Source of the DNA: a virus | Direction: 5' to 3' (one strand) | IMG/VR virus record: IMGVR_UViG_3300021405_000007 | Location: 32,001-96,000 of that record | Length of the DNA stretch: 64,000 nucleotides | Shown here: positions 1 to 9,544 of the stretch, piece by piece | Layout: each line of letters begins with the position of its first letter | Position numbering within the stretch: position 1 is the first letter of the stretch | Position numbers and translations under genes: made by a program | The notes under the pieces: model-generated | Told to the model about the DNA's origin: nothing | Database searches by the model: none | Seen by the model: the letters and a program-made list of their open reading frames with translations, nothing else

Positions 1-123
1 CTTCTTTCTGCAGCAGCTGAAGGACTTTCTTTGTCAGCAGCTAGTGCAGATTTTGCAGCTGGCAATGCAGCTTCTACTTTGGACTATAGAATTAAATACC
101 GTGTAGTAACGGTATTAACCTAA
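1..123 (+). CDS. 3' end of a truncated upstream gene (probable virion/head protein)
   Basis: Open frame from base 1 (LLSAAAEGLSLSAASADFAAGNAASTLDYRIKYRVVTVLT) to TAA 121-123; Ala/Ser-rich; directly upstream of the scaffold gene. Confidence 0.55.
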   Translation, partial: LLSAAAEGLSLSAASADFAAGNAASTLDYRIKYRVVTVLT

Positions 124-143
124 TATAACGATTGGATTTAACG

Positions 144-1061
144 ATGAAGCCAACTGATAAACTTAAAAAATCTATCGATCAGCTTATTGATGAGCTTTTT
201 GCTCCTGAAGTAAAGAAATCAATGGATCATTTCGCTGCAGCTACTACAGCGGATGAAGCCATTAAAAATGCTCCAAGTGGAGAAATGGATGAAGCTCGTG
301 GAGCAGGTCGCCCAAAACAAATCTCAGAAATTCCACAAGTCGATGTAGACGGCAAACGTGCTGGTCGCTATGACACCGACATTGTAGAAGATGAAAATAA
401 AGAAGAAGCTCCAGCAGAAGGCGAACAGGTAAAATCCGGTAAACGTAAAAAAGAAGAAGAATCAGAAGCAGCCCCAGCAAAACTCCCAGGCATGCCTGAA
501 TCCCCAGTAGCCCCAGTCGAAGCTCCAGCAGAAGGCGAACATGATTCTGTGCCAGAACATGAAGCAGAAGATGAAGACGATAGTATTGAAGAAAAAGGTA
601 TCAAAAAATCTTTTGCCATTTCTAAAGCTCAATATGCTGAATACGTAGCTCTTAAAAAAGCTCGCGAAGCGACTATTAAAGCTGAAGTTTTGAGAAAAGC
701 AAAAGCAGAACACACCTCTTTGATTAAATCAGCGGTTGTTGAAGCTACTGCTGATATCCGTAGAGAAAATGAAAATCTTAGAAAATCTCTTTCAGAACAA
801 AGTGAATTGATCAAAGCCATGGCTAATAAGCCTAAAGCAGCAACCGCAATTACTTCAATGTCAGCCCTTGAAAAAGGTGGATCAGCTGCTAGATCAAACA
901 ACGGTCTTTCTAAAGCGGATCTAGTTGATATTGCAGAGAGATTGGTTAAATCCAACGAACTAATGCTTGATTCAGCAATCGAATTGGATCAAACCGGTTT
1001 TATTGTAGATCCAAATGAAAGAGCGACTTTAGAAAAAGCAATTAGAAGTATTAGAAGATAA
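144..1061 (+). CDS. Putative capsid scaffolding protein
   Basis: Acidic low-complexity middle and coiled-coil C-terminal half; immediately upstream of the major capsid gene; many hydrophobic-x-K-[S/A/G] motifs; ATG 144 preferred to TTG 132. Confidence 0.65.
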   Translation: MKPTDKLKKSIDQLIDELFAPEVKKSMDHFAAATTADEAIKNAPSGEMDEARGAGRPKQISEIPQVDVDGKRAGRYDTDIVEDENKEEAPAEGEQVKSGKRKKEEESEAAPAKLPGMPESPVAPVEAPAEGEHDSVPEHEAEDEDDSIEEKGIKKSFAISKAQYAEYVALKKAREATIKAEVLRKAKAEHTSLIKSAVVEATADIRRENENLRKSLSEQSELIKAMANKPKAATAITSMSALEKGGSAARSNNGLSKADLVDIAERLVKSNELMLDSAIELDQTGFIVDPNERATLEKAIRSIRR

Positions 1062-1178
1062 TAAAATGGCGTGATAAATGTTCGTGATCAACGCCTTAAA
1101 GAAAGATCGCCGGCCTTATTTAAGCCAAAACGTTAATTTAACAAAGTTTTTTTCAAAACAACGAAAGAAGGAACAGCA

Positions 1179-2588
1179 ATGAACGTCCAGTCACAAACTC
1201 AAGAACTTACCGGTTTCGGTTACCATACCGCCGAAGAAGTTCAAGAACTCCAAAAAGCATTGTCCATTGGTGGACAATATGCTACGACCACCCCAGGTAA
1301 CTTGTCTGGCGGTCCAGCATTAGCAGTCGAAGATCTAGATCGTACTTTGAAACTGGTAACAGCTTCACTAGAAGATTTAGTACTTTGGAAAGATGTTATT
1401 AAACAAAAAGTTATGCAAACTGTTGGTCAGTACAACGTACAAAACCAATACGGTAATGAAGTAAGCCCCTTCTTTACTATGGGTTCAACTCCTACCTCAA
1501 CAGATGCTGGCTATAACCGCGATGTATTCATAGTTAAATACTTGGGTACCCAAGGTTCAGTACAGCATAACTTAACCCTCATCCAAGCTGCACACGGCCC
1601 AGTCGTTGCACGTGAGGTAAAAAACAAAACTGTTGAATTGCTCGAAAGAAATGAAAGAGCAATGTTTGATGCAGATTCTACAATCAATTCATTAGAATAC
1701 GATGGTATTGATTCACAGATCCGCGTTAAAGGCGTACAATCAAAATATATCCCACAAGGTTGGGTTGGTTATAATAAAGTTGGCGTAGATGACACTCCTG
1801 TTTTGGATACCCGTTCAGCAGGCGCAACTTCACAACTTAGCCAAGATTTCAATGAAGAAGCAGCTCTACGTGCTTTGAACAACTTCGGTCGCCCAAAACA
1901 AATGTACTTAGCTACTGACATTCATAGTGAATACAGCAGAAGCTTTTACTTATCCCAACGTACGATGCCTGGTATGATGCAACCATCCGGTTGGTATACT
2001 CCAGACTTCCGTGGGACTTTGAAATTCGACTTCCGCCCTTCAGTTTTCCTACGTGCACGTCAAGGTGTTTTATCTAGCGCAGTAAGTGCTGGATCAGCTC
2101 CTACCTTCACTTTAAGCCACACTGCTGGCGCTGGCTCTATGTTTGCTGCAAGCGATGCTGGTACTTATAGCTACCAAATCAGTGCAGTATATGCTGACGG
2201 CGAAACCCTTCCAGCCGCTGCTTCTTCAGTATCCGTTGTTGCTGGTGATGTTGTTAGTGCAGCTATTACTTATAGCGGTAGCCCACTTTACTTCAACATC
2301 TTCCGCGCCCCAATCAACACCACCGTTGGTCAACTGTTCATCGGTCGTATTGCTCCTGCAGGTACAGGCGTAAGTACTCCTATTGATTCTAACGTAAGAC
2401 TTCCAGGTTCTTCAAGAGCATATTTGCTTATGAATGATCCTGATGTTTTAGCTTGGAAACAACTTGGTTCACTTATAAAATACGATTTAGCAGTAACTAA
2501 TACCTCTTATCAATGGTTGCAATTGCTTTACGGTTCCATGTTAGTGACTGGCCCAAGAAAGAACGTAATAATTGATAACCTCGGGTAA
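1179..2588 (+). CDS. Major capsid protein, SPO1/Herelleviridae-like
   Basis: 469 aa; N-terminal ELQK|ALS followed by GGPALAVEDLDRTLK, resembling Herelleviridae capsid proteins; LEYDG motif; followed by a strong terminator. Confidence 0.88.
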   Translation: MNVQSQTQELTGFGYHTAEEVQELQKALSIGGQYATTTPGNLSGGPALAVEDLDRTLKLVTASLEDLVLWKDVIKQKVMQTVGQYNVQNQYGNEVSPFFTMGSTPTSTDAGYNRDVFIVKYLGTQGSVQHNLTLIQAAHGPVVAREVKNKTVELLERNERAMFDADSTINSLEYDGIDSQIRVKGVQSKYIPQGWVGYNKVGVDDTPVLDTRSAGATSQLSQDFNEEAALRALNNFGRPKQMYLATDIHSEYSRSFYLSQRTMPGMMQPSGWYTPDFRGTLKFDFRPSVFLRARQGVLSSAVSAGSAPTFTLSHTAGAGSMFAASDAGTYSYQISAVYADGETLPAAASSVSVVAGDVVSAAITYSGSPLYFNIFRAPINTTVGQLFIGRIAPAGTGVSTPIDSNVRLPGSSRAYLLMNDPDVLAWKQLGSLIKYDLAVTNTSYQWLQLLYGSMLVTGPRKNVIIDNLG

Positions 2589-2609
2589 TTCTTTTCCTTT
2601 TTAAAAACT

Positions 2610-2647
2610 AAAAGCTGCTTGGGAAAACTACTAAGCAGCTTTTTTTT
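2610..2647 (+). terminator. Rho-independent terminator after the major capsid gene
   Basis: AAAAGCTGCTT...AAGCAGCTTTT stem followed by a T-run. Confidence 0.85.
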
Positions 2648-2706
2648 ATTATCTAAATATAAAGTGTGATATAACATTATCATAGATAATCTTAAGGTTT
2701 TTTAAG

Positions 2707-3456
2707 ATGAAACTTTGTTATATTTGCAAAATAAATGAAAGTCTTAATTCTAGTAGGTGCAAAACTTGCAATACTGAGTATTTCAAAAAATACAGAGAAA
2801 AGAATGAAAAGAAAATAAAAACCTACAAGAAAGAATATTATTATTTGGAATTTAAAGAATCGATTAATGATAAAAATCATAGATACTATGAAAAAAATAA
2901 AGAATCAGTTAACAAAAGAAATAAAGAATATTATACCAATAACAAAGAAAAAGTTAGAAAAATCAATGATCTTTGGATGGAAGAGAATAAAGAAAAAGTG
3001 ACTATTTATCAGGCGGCCTACCGAAAAGAAAATTCAGATAAAACAGCTTCTTATAATAAAAAATATAAAATTAAAAACAAAAAAGATTTAACTTTAAAAA
3101 GAAGAAATTATGAGAATAATAGACTTGCAAATGATCCTTTTTATCGAGTTAAAAAAAATATAAGGCGCTCGATCAATAGAGCTATTAAAACTTCGAATTG
3201 GCGTAAAACAAAAATTACAGAAATTATTTTGGGGTGCACCTTTTCAGCATTAGTCACCCATTTAAAAGTTACTTGGGAGAAAAACTACCCAGGAGAGATT
3301 TTAAACTGGAGTAAAAATGTTCATATAGATCATATAATTCCATTAGTTACTGCTAAGACTTTAAATGATGTTTATTTGTTGAACCATCATTCGAACCTTC
3401 AATTATTGAAAGCTTTTGATAATATTAAGAAAGGTGGCAAAGTTTTAAACCCCTAA
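2707..3456 (+). CDS. HNH-type (endonuclease VII-like) free-standing endonuclease
   Basis: N-terminal CxxC..CxxC, Lys/Tyr-rich helical repeats, C-terminal HIDHIIPL...NHHSNLQLL...DNIKK. Confidence 0.8.
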   Translation: MKLCYICKINESLNSSRCKTCNTEYFKKYREKNEKKIKTYKKEYYYLEFKESINDKNHRYYEKNKESVNKRNKEYYTNNKEKVRKINDLWMEENKEKVTIYQAAYRKENSDKTASYNKKYKIKNKKDLTLKRRNYENNRLANDPFYRVKKNIRRSINRAIKTSNWRKTKITEIILGCTFSALVTHLKVTWEKNYPGEILNWSKNVHIDHIIPLVTAKTLNDVYLLNHHSNLQLLKAFDNIKKGGKVLNP

Positions 3457-3481
3457 AGTTTCTTACACTCCCTACCGATAT
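3454..3481 (+). promoter_or_regulatory. sigma-28 (FliA/SigD)-type promoter
   Basis: TAAAGTTT-N12-ACCGATAT, about 30 nt upstream of ORF 3512. Confidence 0.75.
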
Positions 3482-3511
3482 ATCTAATATAAGTTAGAAA
3501 GGGAATAAAAC

Positions 3512-3754
3512 ATGAATAACAACAATACAATAGCAAAAATCCAAAAAGTAACAGTTTCAGGTTTAGAAATGTTTGAATACGTAGTTCTCCAATACCGAGA
3601 AATCGAAGTCCAATTGGAAGAGGCCGGTTTGATCATAGAACCAAGCGCAGGTTGGAAGGTATTAGGTGAGGGCAAACGATGGTCTATTGAAGCAGCTAGA
3701 GCGGTTGTGCAGAACTTAGCAAATAGTAATGTTTATTCCTTAATCATAAGGTAA
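3512..3754 (+). CDS. Hypothetical protein
   Basis: ATG with purine-rich RBS, downstream of a sigma-28 promoter. Confidence 0.6.
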   Translation: MNNNNTIAKIQKVTVSGLEMFEYVVLQYREIEVQLEEAGLIIEPSAGWKVLGEGKRWSIEAARAVVQNLANSNVYSLIIR

Positions 3755-3758
3755 ATTT

Positions 3759-4031
3759 ATGTACAAAATAACAGAAAAAGTATACAAGTCTGAAACAATT
3801 AAAAAATTCTTAAAAGAAACAAAGGATGATAAAACCATGCAAAACATAGACTTGGAAGTAGGAAGCTTGGAAACATTAGAAGTAGAAGAACTAAGGGATT
3901 TAGCAATCAGTCTCTTTCACAAGACTTTTGGGACTGGGAGATTAGACTGGGATGCTAGAACGTATCTTCATGAAATTAAAGAGTATTATTCTAGACAAGA
4001 TTTGATTGATTTTATTTACGCAGAAGGCTAA
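3759..4031 (+). CDS. Hypothetical protein
   Basis: 90-aa ORF tightly packed with neighbours. Confidence 0.55.
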   Translation: MYKITEKVYKSETIKKFLKETKDDKTMQNIDLEVGSLETLEVEELRDLAISLFHKTFGTGRLDWDARTYLHEIKEYYSRQDLIDFIYAEG

Positions 4032-4055
4032 AGTTTAATTAGAATATGCCGATAA
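4029..4055 (+). promoter_or_regulatory. sigma-28 (FliA)-type promoter, perfect consensus
   Basis: TAAAGTTT-N11-GCCGATAA, then AAGGAG RBS and ATG 4093. Confidence 0.88.
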
Positions 4056-4092
4056 AGAACTAAAGTGAGTTCTAAAAACTAAGGAGATAAAA

Positions 4093-4665
4093 ATGGATAA
4101 ATTAGTACCGATCATTGAAAAGTTAATCGAGGTATCTTCAAGTTCAGTAAACCTTTTAATGGATGAGTTACTCAGATACTACTTAATCACTACGGGGCTA
4201 CATTTACTATTAGTATTTGTAATTACAGGGATTATCTATAGATTTCTGAGTCTAGGGAAGAAATTTCTTGATTTGTGTGAGCCGAGTCAATCTAGAACTT
4301 TGTTTAAGTTTTTGTATTCGACTGTGATGGGTCTAGTATTGATTGTAGGTTTGGTATATGCTTATACTGAAGCCAAAGACACAATTAAACTGGCAGCAGC
4401 TCCACATATTTTCTTGATCGAAAAAGTTAAGGAATTGTTGCCACATAAAGAAGTGGAAAATAAGCAAACATCTCTGGGAGGTTTTTCCGTCGGCGATTGT
4501 ATACTTAGCAATGAGAAGACTGATGTGGAAGGAAAAGTTATTGCAGTAACCACAGAGGGCGCTATAATACACTTCAATTACACTGATTCAGATTCGGCGG
4601 ATTTTCTTTATAAAAAGAATCTAAAAGAATATACAAAAGCAGATGATTCAAAGTGTCGAGGATAA
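4093..4665 (+). CDS. Membrane protein with C-terminal SH3/KOW-like segment
   Basis: Two hydrophobic helices; FSVGDCI...EGKVIAV...IIHF; strong RBS. Confidence 0.6.
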   Translation: MDKLVPIIEKLIEVSSSSVNLLMDELLRYYLITTGLHLLLVFVITGIIYRFLSLGKKFLDLCEPSQSRTLFKFLYSTVMGLVLIVGLVYAYTEAKDTIKLAAAPHIFLIEKVKELLPHKEVENKQTSLGGFSVGDCILSNEKTDVEGKVIAVTTEGAIIHFNYTDSDSADFLYKKNLKEYTKADDSKCRG

Positions 4666-4742
4666 GGGCATTTTTTGTGGAATTGAGATTACTTTTATGT
4701 TTGTTTTACTTAGCTAGGATGATTTCCAAATAAGGAAATAAA

Positions 4743-5034
4743 ATGAGAGACATATTAGATGTGTTAATAGTTTGTTTCCTTGTTCCAATTGGAATTATAG
4801 GTTGTGCCGCATTAGCACTCTTAATATACACAAGTATTGTGATAGGACTATTATTCATGTTTCGCATCAGATTGCCTAGGGAGAAATCTAATGGACGAAG
4901 ATGAATTTATGTTTGCAGTATATATATTTATTATGACATTAGGAGGGATATTAATATTAATAAGAATCTACTTTATAGATGTAAATTTAACTTCCTTATT
5001 CTTGAAACTTATTCCTAAGGAGAAAGATAAATGA
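4743..5034 (+). CDS. Two small overlapping single-TM proteins (starts 4743 and 4891)
   Basis: MRDILDVLIVCFLVPIGIIG... and MDEDEFMFAVYIFIMTLGG..., each with a purine-rich RBS; below the ORF track cutoff. Confidence 0.5.
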
Positions 5035-5306
5035 AATATAAATTAAGACAGTCTGTAAGAATTGTAAATTATAATCGATTAACTGAGAGTGAAATTTGTT
5101 ATATATTCCGCAAAATCCCCTTGAATTCTGTAGGAATTATAAGAGATTTTAATTTAACTCATAATAGGTATAGAGTTGAGTTTAAGAGATGTCCTATAAC
5201 CTACTATAGTAGTCCCAATTATATGGTTGAGTTATACGAAGAAAATCTTACAGATGCTGCATTTAAGTTTCCTAAATTAATTCCTATTGAGAAATCAGAG
5301 AGGTAA
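5031..5306 (+). CDS. Hypothetical SH3-like beta-barrel protein
   Basis: MKYKLRQSVRIV...GII...RYRVEF pattern; AAGGAG RBS. Confidence 0.5.
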   Translation: MKYKLRQSVRIVNYNRLTESEICYIFRKIPLNSVGIIRDFNLTHNRYRVEFKRCPITYYSSPNYMVELYEENLTDAAFKFPKLIPIEKSER

Positions 5307-5310
5307 AGAA

Positions 5311-5758
5311 ATGTCTAACCTACTTCCAGCTATTCTTTGTTTATATGGGATAGGTATTATGCCTGCAGTAGCCCTTTTACATGAGTCTTATTCGCCTGAT
5401 GATAAGTCCTTATTTTTGGGTATGGTATGGCCCATAACACTGTTATTGCTATTATTAAAACCAAGAATCAAATTAGGACAAATTGTAAGAGTCAAAATAC
5501 ATTCATTCTTCTTCTAGTAGAGAAGTCCTTATAAGAGGAAAAATTATATACATTACTCGTTTCGAACATGAAAATTATTATAGAGTAGAGTTAATTAGGC
5601 CACTAGAACCAGGAATACATGGAACTAAAATCACTGTTACAGACACAAACATTTTTCCTTATAAGCGAAGATTAATAAAGCATTATATTCGGCAACTTAT
5701 AAAAATCTTCAACAAGGTGTCTAAAAGTAACACCTTTCCAATAGAAAGAAAATTATGA
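5311..5758 (+). pseudogene. Frameshifted membrane + SH3-like protein
   Basis: Frame stops at 5517, but coding-like sequence continues in another frame (REVLIRGKIIYITRFEHENYYRVEL...) to TGA 5758, which overlaps the next ATG. Confidence 0.55.
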
Positions 5759-5827
5759 GTTTACCTGATTTCATCCTCGCTTATTTAGTCGGGATTTTGG
5801 AATAACTATATTTTTAAAGAAACTCTA

Positions 5828-6274
5828 ATGAAAAAAGTAACCAAAGCCTTGAAACAGAAAATGATTGATATAGCTCATGCCAATGGCTTAAAATTACATT
5901 TTATAAAAAGAAAAAGTTATGGTGGTATGTATGATGATACCAAAAAACTGATCACAGTCAGTCTAGTCACCCAGAAAGGGTATATGTTAAATGCCCTTAA
6001 TCTAGTTTCTTGTTTTTGTCATGAATTAGGGCACGCTGCTCAAGATAAGCTACAGACAAAATTGACAAAAATAGTAAACAATAGGCTAAGACCAGAAACT
6101 AGATATTTTATCTCAAAATTTAGACTTCAATATGAATACGAAGCTGATAAATTTGGGTCTAAATTTAAAACTTGGGCTTTCCCTGAAATAAAAGGTGAAT
6201 ATTTAAGTGGTTATCCAATCGAAAACAAGAAAGAAACAATCGAATATTTACTGAAACATTACGAAGGAAGATAA
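5828..6274 (+). CDS. ImmA/IrrE-like zinc metallopeptidase domain protein
   Basis: CHELGHA (HExxH) plus downstream EYEAD. Confidence 0.65.
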   Translation: MKKVTKALKQKMIDIAHANGLKLHFIKRKSYGGMYDDTKKLITVSLVTQKGYMLNALNLVSCFCHELGHAAQDKLQTKLTKIVNNRLRPETRYFISKFRLQYEYEADKFGSKFKTWAFPEIKGEYLSGYPIENKKETIEYLLKHYEGR

Positions 6275-6419
6275 TTTATGTTTGTTATTGTTGCGTATTA
6301 TATAGTAATTGCTGTCATTCTAGGTAATGGAGCAGCGAAGGAAACTCCAAAACAAGATTGGTCAGTTACTCAAAATCACGGAACAAGAGATATTCCGAAA
6401 GAATAAAGGTAAAAAAATA

Positions 6420-7011
6420 ATGAACAAAACCTATTACAAATTTACCAATCTAATAAACAGATTGTTTTAAAAGTGATTTATATTTTGAAGACCAAAATAA
6501 TTATACCAATAGAAAGAAAGCTAAAATAATAAATTTCTTACATAAATTTTTTTATTGGCTCAAAGCATTATTTGAATATAGTATATTCTTATGGGATAAC
6601 TTATATGATTTCGATTATGTTTTTATATTAACTCTTCTAAAATATAAACTCTCTAGAACTCGTAAAGCGATCGTCAAAGCAAATGTTATAGTTGATTCAA
6701 AAAGAGTAGAGAAGCAGATAAAATATGCCGAGTTCTTATTAGAGGCGATCATAAAAGATGATTTTGCATACAAAGAATATCTTGCACATGATCAAAAATG
6801 GGGAGAGTTGGAATTTATCTTAGACTCTAAGAAAAGAACTAATCCTAGTCAGTCCGCTCTTAATAGAGCTAAAATTCTTACAGAAGAGGATAAAAAATTG
6901 GAAGCTGCAGAGTTTATAAAAATATTGGAATTGGAGGCAGCAAGAAAGAAAGGTGCTTATAAACGTTTGTGGCGACACTTAGATAAATATATCCAAGGAT
7001 GGTGGGATTAA
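6420..7011 (+). pseudogene. Phage hypothetical protein interrupted by a 1-nt frameshift near 6467
   Basis: ATG 6420 with RBS; the frame of ORF 6808..7011 is open back to 6457 (...LWDNLYDFDYVFILTLLKYKL...KYIQGWWD); removing one T in TTGTTTTAAA joins them. Confidence 0.6.
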
Positions 7012-7208
7012 TGAATTTTAAAAAAAGAAATGTTTTAGAAATAAAAAATGAGGATCTTATGACCGAAGAAAAAGTAAAAGAATTTATGAAATTACTTGAG
7101 GAGGCCTTTGAACAAATGGGGAAAAAAATTCAAACGGCTGTTCTCATAGATGCTTCTAATGAGCCCAAACTTCTAATTGACAATCGAGAAGAAAAAGATA
7201 TAAATTGA
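7011..7208 (+). CDS. Hypothetical protein
   Basis: ATG overlaps the previous stop. Confidence 0.5.
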   Translation: MNFKKRNVLEIKNEDLMTEEKVKEFMKLLEEAFEQMGKKIQTAVLIDASNEPKLLIDNREEKDIN

Positions 7209-7334
7209 AAGAAAAGGGATTAAGATGCTGTTTTCTGCATTGTTTATAGTGACCACCATTTATGTGTTATTTTTTCTAGTAGCTGGAATTTTAGCAATTT
7301 TAGAGAATAAAAAGTAGTTAATAAAAGGGGTTAA

Positions 7335-7583
7335 ATGTTTTCAACTAAACAACTAATATTCCTATGGGGTTCAATTGGAGTATCTTTGGGTTTCTTAGGT
7401 CTAATAACCTACCTTAAAGCTCCCAAAACTCCAATGGAGCAGTGCCGTAAAGAATTCGAGAAACTCTCAGGAGAGCAAACACAAACTATAAATATAGTGG
7501 CAAAATTAAGTGGACACAAAAATATTGAAGGGTTTATAAAAGACTATTGTGAATCTGCAATCAAAAAAGGAGAGTATAAGTGA
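7335..7583 (+). CDS. Membrane-anchored hypothetical protein
   Basis: N-terminal TM helix, two Cys. Confidence 0.55.
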   Translation: MFSTKQLIFLWGSIGVSLGFLGLITYLKAPKTPMEQCRKEFEKLSGEQTQTINIVAKLSGHKNIEGFIKDYCESAIKKGEYK

Positions 7584-7840
7584 AAGTATTATTGATAAGT
7601 TCATTATTGTTGAATACAGGTCTAATTTATTTAGCTATATCCCTTCATCAAGGAGCAGTCGAACTACACAATGATTTAGTATATTGTACTTCAAAGGATG
7701 ATTACGGTTCAAAACCGGGATATGTGAATGAGCTTATCAGTGATCTTAGATTAGAGTGCATTGCGCAAAAGCATAAATTTCACGGTCTCTTTAAAAGAGA
7801 CAATACATTTTTTGTAGGGTGTGTGAATGATAAAGAGTAG
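7580..7840 (+). CDS. Membrane-anchored/exported hypothetical protein
   Basis: N-terminal hydrophobic helix, GGAG RBS, GTG start. Confidence 0.55.
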   Translation: MKVLLISSLLLNTGLIYLAISLHQGAVELHNDLVYCTSKDDYGSKPGYVNELISDLRLECIAQKHKFHGLFKRDNTFFVGCVNDKE

Positions 7841-8182
7841 CAAAATAATCAAACTGACCAAAGAACAGTTTTGTACAGCTTTAACCCTTGGTTATCATTT
7901 AGCTTTTATAGGCGGTGCATTTTTAGGAATTGGAAACTATATTGATAGGATTGAAAAGTTAGAAAAGCTGCCATTACTCAAGTAGATCGAGTAGAAACCC
8001 TTTCTAAAGATATCAAGACTACTATAGCTAATGCAGAACTAGATGCTAAGAAAACTGCTTCCGAAGTTCAAGAATCTCTCCAAAAAGCAAGCGCATTGGA
8101 AGATAATGCTCTAAAAAGCCTAGATGCTGTGAAAAAAGAACTAGATTCAGTTAAATCTACTTGCGGAAAACTTAAAATTTAA
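7827..8182 (+). pseudogene. TM + coiled-coil protein interrupted by a frameshift near 7965
   Basis: MIKSSKII...EKLEK; coiled-coil AAITQVDRVETLSKDIK...KLKI continues in a shifted frame; one extra A in GAAAAG restores it. Confidence 0.55.
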
Positions 8183-8287
8183 ATAAAATACTCCTTTTCA
8201 TAAATGCGTGCTATATGGTATAACTAAGTGATAACTCACTAGGAAACTACCTATAGAACATTAAAATTTGTGGAAAAGGAGAACCTC

Positions 8288-9529
8288 ATGCTGAGGGGGT
8301 TTTTACAAAAAATACAGCGCTTTCTTCTGGTTTTTGGCCCCGGCTTGATTGTGCTTGAATGCGATAACGATTTCGGCGCAGTTTCCACATATACCCAGCT
8401 TGGTGCTCAATATGGTACCAACTTTCTTTGGATTCTACTTCTTTTACTACCTATATGCTACCTTTGCCAAGAAATGGTTGTTAGGTTAGGAATAGCCACC
8501 GGTAAAGGTCACGCCGTTCTTATATATGAAAAATTTGGAAAATGGTGGGGAAGGTATTCTTTCGGAACTCTTCAAATAGTCAACTTCTTGACAGTATTGA
8601 CCGAATTTATAGGAATAAAACTAGCCTCGGAAACTCTAGGTTTTGACCCTAAACTAGCAGTAGGTCTTTTTGCTATATGTTTAATAGCTTTAGTATTGAG
8701 CGGGAGTTATTTTGTATGGGAAAAGCTCACTATTCTTTTATGTCTCGCAGATGGGGTTTGGTTTTACTTAAGCAGCGAAATAGGCCCTCCAACCCATGAG
8801 AGCATAACAAACTCTTTCATCCCAAGTATGCCAATTGGAGGGATAACCCTCCCCCTCATATTTCTTTTAATAGCTACTGTAGGGACAACTATAGCTCCAT
8901 GGCAATTATTTTTCCAACAAAGTTGTGTAATAGATAAGAACTTGAAAGCTTCTGATCTGAATCATGAAAGGCTTGATACATTTTTGGCTAGTATTTTCAC
9001 TATATTAGTAGCCGGAGCTATGGTTTGCGTAGGGGTCGTCCTTTTTAGCAAAGGAATAACCTACGTCGATCCAGCACAAATGGCCGAGGTTTTGAAACCT
9101 CTAGCAGGGGATTTTATAAAGAAGCTTATTTTAATCATGATTATAAATGCCTCTGTTCTCGGAGCGATGGCGGTAACCCTTTCTAGTTCTTGGGCTTATT
9201 CTGAAGTAGTAAATTCGGCATCGGGATTAGGTAAAAAAATAACTGAAGCACCCCAGTTTTACGGGATGTATATCTTTGGGGTTTTGCTCGCAGCAGGAAT
9301 AGTGCTAATCCCACAATTACCATTACAGCTGGTGACCATAAGCGTGCAAGTCTTAGCGGGATTACTATTGCCCCCAGCTTTAATATTTTTGCATTTACTA
9401 TTGAATGATGAAAAATTTGTTCCCAAAGAGTTTTTAAATAAACGGTGGAACAATATCGCTAATATAATCGTGATTGGTTTGATGATTGTTTTATCTTTAG
9501 CTTTAATAGCAATACCCTTTTTCTCTTAA
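8288..9529 (+). CDS. NRAMP-family divalent metal transporter (NRMT/Mg2+-type subfamily)
   Basis: About 11 TM helices; GPGLIVLECDNDFGAVSTY, QEMVVRLG, GTTIAPWQLFFQQS; AAGGAG RBS before ATG 8288. Confidence 0.88.
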   Translation: MLRGFLQKIQRFLLVFGPGLIVLECDNDFGAVSTYTQLGAQYGTNFLWILLLLLPICYLCQEMVVRLGIATGKGHAVLIYEKFGKWWGRYSFGTLQIVNFLTVLTEFIGIKLASETLGFDPKLAVGLFAICLIALVLSGSYFVWEKLTILLCLADGVWFYLSSEIGPPTHESITNSFIPSMPIGGITLPLIFLLIATVGTTIAPWQLFFQQSCVIDKNLKASDLNHERLDTFLASIFTILVAGAMVCVGVVLFSKGITYVDPAQMAEVLKPLAGDFIKKLILIMIINASVLGAMAVTLSSSWAYSEVVNSASGLGKKITEAPQFYGMYIFGVLLAAGIVLIPQLPLQLVTISVQVLAGLLLPPALIFLHLLLNDEKFVPKEFLNKRWNNIANIIVIGLMIVLSLALIAIPFFS

Positions 9530-9544
9530 AAAAGAAGATTTTTT

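Noticed and set aside
8183-8287. M-box or yybP-ykoY riboswitch upstream of the metal transporter
   Set aside because: Leader is short, AT-rich and lacks recognisable aptamer motifs.
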